A stretch of 64,000 bases of DNA from the human T2T-CHM13v2.0 reference genome, Homo sapiens: assembly GCF_009914755.1 (NCBI RefSeq), contig NC_060938.1; one strand, written 5' to 3'. How positions within the stretch are numbered: the first letter of the stretch is position 1; each line of letters begins with the position of its first letter. Of this stretch, positions 28,023 through 41,700 are shown piece by piece. The notes beneath the pieces are model-generated. The model was not told the origin of the DNA. It saw only the letters and a program-made list of their open reading frames with translations, and did not search any database. The position numbers were made by a program, and so were the translations under genes.

Positions 28023-30342
28023 TGATCTTTAGGGAAAGCATGGATAATTGAAACCCTGCATAATCCCAGCCTTTTATGCTACCTTCTTGTGGACTCGATC
28101 TTGTCTCCAAACTTCATTCAAATGCCATTCCTCTTTCTCTGTGCTATGTAAGGTTTAAAAATAGTAAATAGCCAAGAGATAGCAGGGAGAAGTGGGGGAA
28201 ACAAGGAAGACAGACAGTTTGAACACTTATGTTTTATTGACTCGGATTTGGATTTTGTTTATGACAGACTAGTAGGACTTTGGGGAAACTCGCAGATAAG
28301 CTGGGTTTTTTTCTATCATTTTTGGAGATTATAGCAGGAGGTCAAATATTTAAAGTTGTTTTGGGTGATTCTAATGTGTCTACAATGCATTGGACCAGGA
28401 ATATTCTGGAGCTGCTAGAAAGCAGACATTTAGAAGCAAGAGAAGAGCATGAGCAGTATCCCTTATCACTTAGCCACTTGATTCTGATCCTGGCTTCTCT
28501 AACAATAGCTCCTTGCTATGTGCTCTTAAAACACAAGTGCTAATATTATGAGAAATGAATTATATGAAAAACAGTCTAGTCTTTTCTAAAAATGCCAAAA
28601 ATACCAATCTGCAACCAAGAACGTGTAAGCATGTTCTCCCCTTTCCAGATGATGCGGGATGCCAGGCAAAGACCAAGTTTCCATGGCTACCCTGAGGCCT
28701 GCATGGAAGTGGAGGCCTTAGTTTATAGGAGTGAAGGTCTTTAAATGAGGGCATCCAAAGTGAATGCCTATCATTATCCCAGTACTAAGTCTTTAGATGC
28801 ACAAACCATTGTTTTCCATGTCATCCTTTGGAAGTGGCGGGTGATGGAAGACCATTTTGTGTATTTTTAATAGGAGGAAACTGAGGCACAAGAGATTACA
28901 TTCCCAGAGCTAGAACCAAGTGCTGTGTCCCTGAGGTCCTGTCTGCAATTGGGAGACAACTCTGAACTGACCCCTTTTGCATTCCTGGTCTCTGCACAGT
29001 AACTCTTCCCTCTGCTCATCAAATCCATTTCAGAATGTGTATACAGTAATACTTCTGTTTGAAAGTCTTCAAGATTTGACAAGAGGATTCTGTCTGGGCC
29101 TAAGATAGGACATGATGGGATAGTGACCTCGAGGATTTGGAAGCCAAATGATCGTGGACAGGTGTGTGCATCAAGAAAAGATGGAGCATGTGTGCTCACA
29201 GTCCTACCGGGGCCACACTCCCTTATCTTCAGATCATGGGTGGCTCATGCCCAATTCCCCCCACCATTTATTCCCTTGTTGTGTCTGTTGGAAAAATCTC
29301 ACAGGCTTGCCTGAGGTCACTACATTTTTCTTTATACAGAAATCTTTTCTTAGGCTTCATGTAGTTGTAGACTAAGAACTATATAAGTGAAAATTAACAG
29401 TATTGGTTTTAATACAATTGCCAGATTTTCTATTTGAAAAAAGTCACTGCTCAGAAAATAAAAATTATTAAAACAACCCATGGTGAATTGGGCCTGAATT
29501 GCCACTCATTTTTTAACACATCTGCAGTGGAGTTGCTTCTTACCAATGTGGTGTAATTTTCAGGTCTGTTACTGAAAGACAGATTGAGTATGTTTCTGGA
29601 CTGTGAGTAGATGATGTTTAGGGTTGCAATATGGGTATTGGGGCTATTCTTTTCCTGTGTCATTACTTTTTGATAGGTTTGTTTTAAGAGAAAATTAATG
29701 AAATTGAAGTTACTTAAGTTTGGCCGTATTTGTTAAATATCCTTTTCTGAGAAATTGAAAAGTGACTATTAGTTGAAACAAGATCAAGAAACTTCCAGCA
29801 TATTTCAGCACATTCCTCAGTTTATAATGTTAAGGTTTTAAGAAAGCTTAAAGAAACCAGCATCACTGGTAGTTAAGCGGTTTATATTTTTACTGTATTT
29901 TCTTCAGAAGCTTGTTGCCATGTAGAGTAAAAGAAACCTCATGTTAATCTTTTCAGAGGACACTGCCAGTAAGAGTGTTGTTATTGTTAGATAATCATAA
30001 TGGTATGTTCTGGAGTCTCTTCTCCCCTCACTCGACACACCCGATTCACTCCCACCCTGCCAGCGGAGCCAGAGAGAGAAGAATAAAGCAGGATCTTATT
30101 TGCTTTCAGAATTTGATTCTGTATTGCTTTGGAGACATGCTGGGATTTGTTCTTAAACTATTATTAAATTTCTAATGTCCGTCAAGGTTTAGATTCCTTT
30201 GTAAGAGAACCAAGAACGTAAGTGAAACTGTAAGGCTTCGCTGTGCAGACCTTTCTTCCAGCAAGCATCAGCTTAACCTCAGCAGTGAACCGATGGGGGA
30301 CCAGCTGTTGGGCTGGGAACCAGGAGTAAGGCTGCAGAAAGA

Positions 30343-30380
30343 CCCCCCCTCCAGCCCCCCAGCCCCCCAACCCCCCAACC
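30343..30380 (-). repeat. C-rich 8-bp-period repeat (G-quadruplex-forming on - strand)
   Basis: ccccccctccagccccccagccccccaaccccccaacc. Confidence 0.8.
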
Positions 30381-30602
30381 GTGTGTCACTTCACCACGAT
30401 GAGCCTCAGTTTCCTCACCACAGTCCCACTTGTCTTGCATTTGAGATGTGATAATGTTTAGAAAGAGATCTTGCCCACTTTTGAAAAAAGTACTCCACAG
30501 ATGATAGATACTAATCAGACATGAAAGCAGAGATTAAATAGGTAAATGTGATTGTGTGTGTGTGTATTGATCATTATGCTCATGAGACACTGATTATTTT
30601 AC

Positions 30603-30906
30603 TTTATTTATTTTTCTTTTTGGAGATGCGGACTCGCTCTGTTACCCAGGCTGGAGTATAGTGGCATGATCATGGCTCATAGCAGCCTTGAACTCCCTGA
30701 CTCAAGCAATTCTACCACCTTGGCCTCCTGAGTAACTGGGACTACAGGCATGCACTACTATGCCCAGCTAATTTTTAAAAATCTTCTATAGAGATGGTAT
30801 CTCCCTATGTTACCCAGGCTGGTCTCAAACTCCTGGGTTTAAGTGATCCTCCCACTTTGGCCTCCTAAAGTACTGGGATTACAGGTGTGAGCCACCACGC
30901 CCTGCC
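30603..30906 (-). mobile_element. AluJ
   Basis: Reverse dimer with J diagnostics (gatcatggctca, ctcctgggtttaag). Confidence 0.92.
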
Positions 30907-33900
30907 TTTTAGAAAACTTTTTTATTTTAATTAGTTTTTTGATGGAGCCCCGAATGAAAAATATGCAGGGAGATGAGTTTAGCAGGGCTTAAGTTCAAAC
31001 AAAGTAAGAATTGGAACTCTCCCAAAAGATAAGCGGTTTAAGTAAGCTGTGACAGACCACTGCTCTGGAGGATGGAAAGATTTATGACTGCCGCAATATC
31101 CCACTTTAGGAGGAAATGCAGAGCCATTGAAGACAGACCACAAAATAATTATGCTGTCATAACATGCAGTACCTGGGTCTAGGACTGGCCTTACAGAGTG
31201 TTAAGGATGAATATTATGAACATGTGCCTGAGGTAGGTATTTCATTAGTGTGTGACTCAGGAATCTCCGGATCCCTGTTCTTATCCCACAATGTTTGGGG
31301 TTGTGGCCTTTAATGTTTGGGATTGTGGGGAGTCTGCTGTGTGCACAGAAGAATCTTGAGGTATGAGTTTATAGGGGAAGAGTCCATACGTCACATTCCC
31401 CTGACTCAAAAAGCAACAGAAGTAGCCAGAACTTGCTCAGTTCCATGTCGGCCTCCTGTCTCTTCTGTTTGATTCCATTTTCACTCCTCTGAGGCCTTTC
31501 TATCTTCCCTGAGCCATGCCTGTGTAGGAGGCAGCCACAGAATAATAAGCAGGTTTCCCTGTGGCTGTTGAACACTGGTACCAATGGTAGCCACGTGACA
31601 AACACACCACCCCATCTGGGTCCCAAACTCTCAACCAGTGCCCCTCTTTGCACACATCCCATTGAAGGCTCATTTTGTGAATCTGACATTTCCCAGTTCC
31701 TGATAACCCCGTTGATAATAATGGTTGCTAATCCTTGTCCATACTGTATTTGAAGCATTTACTTATGCATACCTCAGCTTGTTCCAAAAAGTATTCAAGA
31801 GGGGAGTTTCTGAGCACATAATCAAGTCTCCAAGGTGTTCGCTCTGGATCTGCACTCTGACTATGGCTGTGTCCTCAAAACAGTAAAAAGATAATGCAGT
31901 GGAAGATGAACATGTACCAAATTAAAGCGTAAAAGGAAATAGAGGCCAAATTCCTACACTATCAACATAGGCCAGCCCTGTTTTTCAGACATTCAGTGAC
32001 TTATGCAATGCTGTATGTAATAGGCCTGCTGAAAGAAAGGAAATGAATGAACAAGGATAAACATGGGTTTTGGTATTGCTGGTACCTGAATAACCAACCC
32101 TGTGTTCCCTGCAGCCAGCATATTGTCCTCTCCCATTGCTGGCTGCCGTGCAGTGCTTCCGTCATGTGCTGCTGGAGGGGGCCCTCCCTGGGAAGCTGAG
32201 TGCCCCAAGGGTACCCTGCCTGGGTCTTGAGGGACAGAGTGTGTACTGACACTCTGGGCTTCATGGGCTTGGACTCCATTATATACACGTCTGCAAGATA
32301 CCAAAGGAGGGCCACCATCTCTCAGTCATCTCCTTTCCAGGTACCCCTGAAGGGGATGAAATAGGGAGTGGCATTGGATCTCAGGACGATCCTTATAGGG
32401 ATGGCTGAAAATACAGGTGCGAGCCTTTGTGAGGCAGGATAGAGTCTGAGGCACAGGACCATGCCAGGTTAGTGAGAGTCTCCCAGAAGACCCAAGTGGA
32501 TGGCAGTGATGTCTGGAGCCCAAGGCAGTCACATAGGATTTCTAAGATCATGACTAAAAGGGATAGTTCCAAGAAAGATTGAGGAAAAATGCTGGTCATG
32601 AGATCAGGAATCCAGAATGACTTTTTTTCTATCAGATCTATAACCATCCACGATACTTCATGGAGAATCACTCCTGAGCTTGATGTATTCCTGCATCACA
32701 ACCTGTACCACACAAACTCATCCCCTTCCTGGCAGAGCTCTGAGTATACTCCTCTGTCTCCATAGTTTGGATCAGAAAATGTAGATTCCTTCCTGAGGAC
32801 CGCCTGTCTCATGAAGGAGGAGGAGAAGGTGGCACAGGAGTCTTTTTAAAAGGATTTTAAGGTGATCATTTGAGCCATAAAGAAACCAAGTTTTTATTCT
32901 TCAAGGCAAAAGGCTTTTTCAAGCCAGGTGATGAAAGTCTAAATTGCTCTACACAGAAGAACAGGAGGCACGTCTCCAGATAGATCCAGGTGGGCACAGT
33001 CTTAGTGAGGGGTAGATATATGAGATCATCCGTATGGGATCCCAGAAGCCAAAAGACTCACAGGAAAGGGAGTTTTCAAACCCCATCATTTCAAACTCCC
33101 AGCAAAATATTGCCATAGAAAAGAGTTTTCCAAAGTCAATCCATTACTGGCTCAGATATTAATAGAAAATCAGGAGTCAAGAAAAGGAAGAAGGTAGAGA
33201 TTTTAAAGTCAGGCCTGGTTTTAATTTATTTGTGGTTATTCTAACTAGTAAGTGAAACACACTGCCTGTCTGGTGCCCTGTCCCAGGCATAAATTGCTCA
33301 CCCATCAGAAAGGAATTAATTTTTTTCAAGGGTGCTACCTTAAAGCCATTAGTTTAGCAAATTAACTGATATTCCTAGAAAAGCTCCTTGCTTGTGCCAA
33401 TAAATATTTACCGAGTTAGTGACACCTCTAACAGCACCCCCAAATCGCTGGGCCACTTCCAAAGGGGGAGCAGCTTACTTTCAGGAAATGGATTACTCAC
33501 TTGTGGAATGAGACCAACACCCAGGCTACTCAGTTTCAACACACTTTAAAATGCAAAAGGGAACTTTCCTGCCTCAAGCTTTCAAACCTTTTCCAGATGG
33601 ACCGAGGCGGGTGAGCCCATTGTGGTGCCCAACAGGCCTGGCTTAGGCTGGGGCTGCACACATCTAGCTGTGCCTCCCATCCCTGCCCTGCACACCGTAC
33701 CATGAAGGGGGTTACAGACTTCCAGTGGGTTGCTGATAAGAGGCATCCCTGAGGGCCTGCCCTGTTTCCATTGGCCAGACACCCCCGCCCCCCGCCCCCA
33801 CCAGAAACGGGAAACCTATGGAAAGGGCTCAGCTGGGTGCCGCCCCCTCCCCCAGATGCTGTTGTTAGTTTCACTTCTCAGCTGCAGCTGCCCACAGCTG

Positions 33901-34269
33901 TCTGGGGATGGAGCAGCAGCAAGGTAGTAGGGTGGTGGCATCTTTTTATTCTTCCAGACCTGGGCCTTTGGCCTGGTAGCCAGAGTGGGCAGGCAGCAGG
34001 CCTGCTCTGTGCAGCGTTTGACTTGGGGGTTAAGCCGGGTGCCTCAGGGCGGGACCTGGAAGGAGAAGCTGAGCGCAGTCCACCATTCAGTTCTGGGTAC
34101 CAGGTTTTCAAAGAGGCATTAAGTGTAGCCAGAGGAGGGTGGCCAGGAAGCTGCAGGGGCCTGGAAATCATACCACCTAAAGATTGTTAGAAAAAACTGG
34201 AGACTGTTAGCCTGAAAAAGATTTAGGTGAATGGCTGTCTTCCCCTGAAGGGAGAGTAGATTTATCTTT

Positions 34270-34755
34270 TTGTATTTTTTTATCATAACATAAAATCTGC
34301 CATTTTAATCATTTTTAAATATACAGTCCTGTGGCATTAATTATATTCACAATGTTGTGTGACCATCACAGCTATCAATTTCTAGAACTTTATCATCATT
34401 CCAAACAGAAACTCTGTTCCCATTAAACAATAACTCCCCATTCTTCCTGCCCCCCCGCCCCAGCTCCTGGCAGCCACCATTCTGCTTTCTGACTACTCAA
34501 GAGACCTCGTACAAGTGGAGTCATACAGCATTTGTCCTTTTGTGTCTAGCTTAATTAACTTAGCACAGTGTCCTTGAGGTCCATCTATGTTATAGCATGC
34601 ACTGGAATTTCCTTCCTTGTTGAGGCTGAAGAGGATTCCATTGGATGTATATTCCGCATGTTGTTTACCTATTCATCTGTTGATGGACGTTTGGGTTGCT
34701 TCCACCTTATGACTTGTGAATAATGCTACTGTGAACATTGGTACGCTAGTACTTG
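34270..34755 (-). mobile_element. L1MB-type 3' end fragment
   Basis: tattcacaatgttgtg..accatcac...gaaactctg.tcccattaaacaataactcccc...tgttgatggac.tttgggttgcttcca. Confidence 0.85.
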
Positions 34756-37700
34756 TTCGTAGATTTTTTTTCTTTGTGGTTTCAGAAAAACTGATCTTAG
34801 CCAAATGGTTAGAAGTTGCAGAGAAGCTGATTGTGGCTTTAGTAACCCCAGCTCTCTTCAGTGGTGGAAAGGCTCCCCATGGTTGGGAGTGGTGTGTGGT
34901 AAGAACACTTACAACCAGAACAGAGAGAACCAGAAAATCTCTGAGGTCCCTTCCATCTCCAGAATTCCATGATTTTCAGGCAGATTGAGGTATGCATCCG
35001 AAGGGTAACATCTGGAGAAAAAGGAAGTGGTGTCAGATCAGCTTCAGTTTCCTGAGGAAGAAAAGAGGGAATTGGGATGTTAAATTATCTACCAGTCAGG
35101 AGAGGTTACTTGCTAAACTATCTCTGGCCTGGACTTGACAACAGAAAGTGATGCTCCTGTGAAGCTCATACAAAGGTCCTATGTAGTCTCAGGGAGATCT
35201 TTCTAAGCTCCAGCGAAAGCTTTCTTGTACTCTAGCTTCCTGGGGGATAGGGTGGTGAGTCCAGCTTTCTCAGCACAAATCCCTCATGTCTGCCTAGAAA
35301 GAAGGGATGCCTTTAGAGGACCTGAGCCCTGTCTCCATGCAGGTTATTCTGAATGTGGGTGAGGGAGTGGGTGAGGATGGGGAGTGCTGGGTTGGGAAGT
35401 TTCAGGAGTGAATATCAGCTGAGGTGGGGATGCCCTGGCTCCCAACACAATTAGCTTCATTCTGCTACAGTTGGGGGTTTTCTTATCATTAGTCGGGAAG
35501 GCCTAGCCAGAGAATTCCAGTATTCCAGAGCAAGTTTAATTGTGGGTGATTTCATTCTGCCCTTTTTATGTCGCAGCCAGGGGCTTGCGTCATATAACAG
35601 TGAATTCAGGGAGATTTTTATTTGCATGTGAATCATAGCTTTTCCAGCTGAATGTCACTTACTTGGAATTTTTGTCTGATTTTGTTTTTGTTTTTGTCTC
35701 TTGGTGTTTTTCCATCGGGCTCTTTGGCTAACCAGAAAAAAAAAAAAATAGAGGAAGGGCTCAATCTGACTGAAACAGGGTTTGAGTTGGCAACTCAAAA
35801 GGAGAGTATTATGAATGTGAAAAAAAGAAAACGGATGCTTTATTTTGCTTTGAGGGAGGGACCGAAGCCAAGTCAAATTGAGAGCTCTAATTTGGGAATA
35901 GTGTTATTACAGGTCATTGGGAGTTGGTTACGCGCTAAATTGGGAGGCCAGTCACATGAGGAGGCAGCAGAGGCAGATCACATGGGGGACAGTTGGGGCC
36001 CTTTTATAATGAAATTTTGTTTTATTTACTACACAGTTGAAATGTACTTATGTCATTTTGAGAAACCAAGTCACCTTATTGGCTGGGAGTTGCTCCCTGC
36101 CCTGGCCCATCAGTTGTTTGATAAATAAGCCAGTTCTTCCAATCTTTGTGCTTTCCGGGGCTTGATTTTGGCAGTGGGATCTGTGCAGTGATTCATGGAG
36201 CTGACCCTGTGATAGGGGTTATACATCTGCCCTTCCCCTGACTGACTCCAAGGGGCTTGATCTCTTCTCCTCCAAAGGCTCTACCCATTTTAGACCTCAA
36301 GGTCAAGACATACAGAAAACTTCTAACATTATATAAAGAAGTGATGACCTTTGTTTTTTAGATTATCTTCCATTTTCTCAGCACTGTTCCTCTTAATGTC
36401 ATCTTGCAAAATAAGAAAGAGAAAAGATGGATCCTGCCCCTCCATGGGCAGTTATGAACCAAGTATTTCTTCTTACCTCAAAACTGCAGACTTTGGATGT
36501 TCTTGGCATCTCGGGGAGGACCAGGAAGGGTGGTGTGTGGTCAGCTGCTGATTTTCCTTGAAGAATCAAAGTTGGCATTCTTGGTGTCCACAGCCCTGAT
36601 TAGTTAGCTGTGTTTGAAATAAAAACAAACAAAAAAAGGCAGCCAAAAAACAATATCTAGAATTCAGTTAATTCATTCCCACTGCAAACAAGTTGTGCTC
36701 ATGCTCCTAAATGGGGTATGTTACTAAGCCGGTGACACAGAGCATCTGGGCCGGCGATGCTTGTGATCGAGGTTAGGAATAGAAGGTGTGTGGAAACTTT
36801 CTATAAAAGGCAGCCAGGTCCCCTGGACAAGGGGTCAGGAAGCTTCAGCACTGTTCACAGTGGCACCAGGGCATTACTGCATGATTTGGGGCAAGTGTCT
36901 CTGCGCCTTGGTGTCCCCTAAGTGCCGTATTGATTTGGGGGAATGGGAGGGTAAGGGCCTCAAGAAATGTTTGAGATGTAAAATGTTAAATGTTTGAGAT
37001 GTGACATGTAAGATAAGTGGAGGGAGCGTGATGTCACAGGAGCTCAAATCAGGGCCACGTGTCCCTGAATGGGGCTGGGCTGCTGTCCCTTCTCAGGCAT
37101 CACCCTCTGTGGCTGATGCCTCTGACATCATAATACCCAGCCAGACACTCAATAATGATGAGCTGTGCCCAGTGGACACCTGAGGAGGGAAGAAAAGGAG
37201 AAGGACAAAGTGGAGAGGGAGGAGATGGAGCAATCTCTTATGTGATCATTCCATCAACTCACAAATTTTTCACCTAACACCTGGTTCAACTGTAATGTGC
37301 TCAGCTCCGTATAACCTGGACAGCAGCTGTGCCCTCACCCCTAAACTCAGCAAAATATTATGGTCCTCTAATCAAGAGAATTTTGCTCCTGTTACTGCAT
37401 GTCTTGTGGGTTCATCGTCAGACCAGTGAGTTGATACCAAACTTCACCAAACGGTTCTCCGGAGCAACCGTTTAGAGGTAACGTACTGGCTCTCACGCCC
37501 AGGCTTCTCTGGGCTTCTGCAGACTCATCTCAACTCTCCTCCTTGGAGCAGCACATAACTGGGGATTGTGTGGGGGTGGTTTGTGAGGGTGTGAGCCTGT
37601 GGTAAAGATGCTTTAAAACTGAAATTCTCACCTTCGTTTGATTCATGAGCCAGCACAGGCTTGGCCAGACTTTGTTTATTCTTATGGCACTCTTCAAACC

Positions 37701-38005
37701 CAAACGGGCCAAATCGTGGCTTCCCTGTCTATCCTTAGATGCAGCGATTGCTGCTTTTAACTGGGTAGGTTGCTATGAATAGAAAACTTGAGAGATCAGC
37801 CCTGTCTTAGAAATATTATGACATTTTGCTTATTTATTGTTGACTTAAAAAAAAATCCAACAACTTCCTCTAAAAATAGGTCCTTGCCACTCTTTCAACT
37901 GCTTCCTCCTAGCCTTTCTCCTGGTAAGAAATCACGGTTCCCACCTGGTTTCACATCAGCCTTACTCGATCCTCCAAATGCTATCAATTGGAGGCCATGA
38001 TTTTC

Positions 38006-38472
38006 TTGGGTTCTCAAATGTGAACCTGGATCAAAATCATCAGGGGGCTGGTTAAACACAGTTTTTGATTCAGTAGATCTATAGAGAGGGTCCCAGAAGT
38101 CGTAATTCTTTTTTTTTTTTTTTTTGAGGCAGAGTTTTGCTCCTGTTTTCCAGGTTAGAGTCCAATGGCACAATCTTGGCTCACTGCAAACTCCTTCTCC
38201 CGAGTTCAAGCGATTCTTCTGCCTCAACTTCCCGAGTAGCTGGGATTAAAGGCGCCCGCCACCATGCCTGGCTAATTTTTGTATTTTTAGTAGAGACAGG
38301 ATTTCACCACGTTGGCCAGGCTGGTCTCAAACTCCTGACCTACAGGTGATCCACCCACCTCAGCCTCCCAAAGTGCTGGGATTACAGGCATGAGCCACCG
38401 CGCCCGGCCCAGAGGTTGTATTTCTAACAATTTTCCAGGCATGCCCCTCCTCCATACTTTGTGAACCAGTGC
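38006..38472 (-). mobile_element. MER5A (hAT-Charlie) split by an Alu
   Basis: ggttctcaaa...gattcagtag...[Alu]...atttctaacaa..ttccagg...actttgtgaaccagtg. Confidence 0.75.
38110..38409 (-). mobile_element. AluSq-like
   Basis: Reverse dimer; TSD caga(a/g)gt(c/t)gta(a/t)ttct. Confidence 0.94.
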
Positions 38473-38559
38473 CTTAGGGCTTTGGGTCTCCTCCTGTCCC
38501 CATCCTGTAGGAGAGAGCCCCATGGAGCATGATCCTGGTCCCTTAGATTGGTGGTGAGC

Positions 38560-38785
38560 AGCTAACAACCACATAGTACTCACCATGGGCCAGATGATGG
38601 TCCCATGCTTTACAAAGATTAAGTAACTCAAACATCACCAATCTTAGGAGGTAGCCCATTTTCCAGATGGAGGAACTGAAGCACAGAGTGGTTAAGTGAA
38701 TTGCCCAAGTTCACACAGCTCATTCAATGGAAGCTCAGACAACATGGCTAGCATCTGTGCTCTCATTCCCCACGCCATATTATCA
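38560..38785 (-). mobile_element. MIR
   Basis: cccatttttccagatggaggaactgaagcacagagtggttaagtgaattgcccaagttcacacagct. Confidence 0.85.
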
Positions 38786-41700
38786 TTCTGTTTTCCCCAA
38801 GTCACTTAGAGCACCTGATACTCCTACAGTTCTTAAGAGTGAATACCTTAGAAAGGAGCCGCCAAGACAACTGAACCCATCTTAGGCGCTAACAACCAGC
38901 ATCTTGGGCTCCGATTGTCCAGGTGACTTGACTACCCTACCTGTGTCTGTGACTGAGTAGAGGCAAGAGGAGGGGGCTCTTAGCAGAAATACATTGGACA
39001 TGTGACCTGGTGAAGGCCAAGGGAGGGGTGTTGATGTGAAGACGCTGGGGACATCATCTGTGAAGACAGGCCAGCCCTCCCCTTCTGCTGGAGCCTCAGT
39101 GTCCCCTCACCATTCTGCGCTGGTCCAGAGATTTCCTGCTATTGATACTTATCAGAGACACAAAGCTGAGGAGGAACAGATGTGCCATGTCATCAGCCAT
39201 AATAGAAAAAGTGCATGAATCTTTTTTGGACCAGGTTGGTCTAGCAAGGCTGTGTGATCAGCACTAACCTGGGTGAGGGAGTAGGAGACACAGAAGTGGA
39301 TGGACTGTCCCCACCCACAAGGAGGGGTGAAGTGGGGGGGGTGTTATACAGATATGCAAGTCACTGAGCTCAATTGTGGTAGAGAAAAGGCAATGAGGGC
39401 CCAAATGGGTAAATGGCATTTGGGGAGAGAGGTGGATTCTTAAACTACATCACAGATGATGATAGGAGCAGGAGGGGGAGGGTTCAGATGTGTCCAAGAC
39501 ATATCTACAGCAGAGAGTATTTAATGATAAATAATAGTGATCTCTTTTGAGATTCAAACAGCCAGAGGTTAAGTCTCCACTGGTATAGTGATAATAGACT
39601 AAGCTCTTTTTTTTTTTCTGCCAAATAATGTGTTGAGTCCTGGCTGGAGGGCCTAGGAGTACTTTAGAAGATGGATTCTACTCCTTACAGTGTTGCCTGT
39701 TGGTTCTAGAAATGGAGCCCTTCTCCAAGTATTTCTCTACCCCATTGGTCTGATTCTCCCCAAGTTATTTGTGTTACAGACACTTCTATGGGTACAAAAC
39801 TTTCCCTTTGGCTATCTCTGATACCACAAATGTCATTGAAAAGGACAGATCCTAGCACTAGGCCATATACATTGATAGGAACCAAAGATAGATATCTGAT
39901 AGATTAATAAATACAACCACTTCCAAAGGTGATGGTATGAAGCTAGATTCAAACAACACAGTAGGCCAGTGCTGTCACTCCCAGCTCAGAACCATTGTGG
40001 CTAGAAGTTAGCTTTGTCTTTCTCCTCACTGAGCCATGTGTCTCAGACCCTGGGGTAGAGTTGAGGGAGGGCAGACAATGGTTAGTTTCCAAACTCCCTG
40101 GACATAGGGGCCCCTTGCTGCCTTCTGCCTTCCTCCATAGAGTTTAGAAGGTTTGTTTCCAGGAAGGAGCTCCTTCCTGCCAGGTTTGTCCTCTCTCCAG
40201 CTTCTCAGCAGTGCAGGGTGCTTACAACACAGCCCACAGGCCTGCCTGCACTGGGCTGTGTGGGTCTGTAGACAAGGTTCTCAACTCTGCCTCTGCGTCT
40301 GCTCCTCTCCGTCCTACTGGGCCTTTCTGCTCCCCCTTACCTTTCCCTGCCTGAGCCCTCTCACTGTTTTTGTGCCTGCCTTTGTTGTAGAATTCTAGAT
40401 GGCAGCATGCTTGCAACTTGGGAAGGATGAGGCCCTTGTCTGGAGACATTATCCCTATGAGCTCTGAGGTCTTGTCTCCTTCTGTAGCATCCCCACCAAT
40501 GTGGCCAAAGCCAAGGGCCCTCATCTGATCAGTCCTCCTGATTCTGGTCCAGCCACTGAGCCCTAGGTCTACTCAATTTCATGGCAGGATACCCAGAAGG
40601 AGGGAAATGGCCTCAGCCATTCTCATTCCTATTTAGAGAAGTGCATTCTTCACCATCATCCTTCCTACCTTTTCTTCTTACCCACTGCCCAAGGACTTCA
40701 GCAATGAAAAAGTAGCTTCCCTTCTCAAAAAAAAAAAAAAAAAAAAAAATCTGAAAAATCTTATTCTGATTGCATCAATAGACCTACTAACCTGAAAATG
40801 AGTTTGGTGCACAAGTAACAGGTGAAAATCAGCAGCCTTTTACTGCTTACTGTTGCAGAAATTCCCAGCATTGGCTGGCTGCTGGAGGGGAAGCAGGAAG
40901 GGAAGTGTGCCTCTAGCTCCCTCTACAGGGCTGTGCCCCAGGAGGACAGGAGAGCCAGGCTGAATATGTTCCAGGGTCACCCAACTCTGTCCTTGTACAG
41001 TTAGCCAGGCCTTTCTTTCCAAAAAGAGTATCAGTTAATTTGTGACTATGGACTCGAATATCCTGCCTCCACAAAATTGTTCATTCTGTCCCCCATTGGA
41101 TGACTTGTACGTGTATTTCATATTTCATACCTAAATGAGTGATACATACATTTTACTATCAACATTGCTAACATGCATATTTTGGGAATATCTACATGCT
41201 GTTCCTTGGTGACAATATTTACATGGTTACACACCACACCACAGGGCTCTTACATTCACACTTACACTTTGGATCCCATCTCTTGAGTTGGGAAATTTTG
41301 TCTATAAGTTGTTGAGCAACTTCCTCGTTATTTTAGAAAGCGTGGGACCCAGTGACTTCACAGTTCACAGTCATGTAAAGATATAGAATGGCTCCCTGGT
41401 GTCAGGGGTGGGATGTGTGCACTCCAGCCCTTCCCAGACTTCCTGAGGTGTATAAACCTGTTGTGTGGCATGGCTGTTGTTCCGTTTGCTCCACTGAATT
41501 AAGCATGAACTATTCTTTTGTGATTCAGTCTGTTTATACTCCTCCCAAGATACTCCTCTGTTGACTGTCTGGACATTGCCAAGGATGCTGGCCTTGGAGT
41601 TCTTTGTAAAATATTATTGCAGTTAGGTTACGTGGACAATGCCGTGCTCCTTTTGGGACTCTCATGTCTAGAGCCTCTTGTGCAACAGGGGCTAAATCTA

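Noticed and set aside
35652-36128. 158-aa ATG ORF with a hydrophobic N-terminus resembling a signal peptide
   Set aside because: No recognisable homology; runs through A/T homopolymers; length compatible with chance in 64 kb
40727-40749. Isolated A23 run after 'ctc', possibly an extremely truncated retro-insertion
   Set aside because: No TSD or element body recognisable
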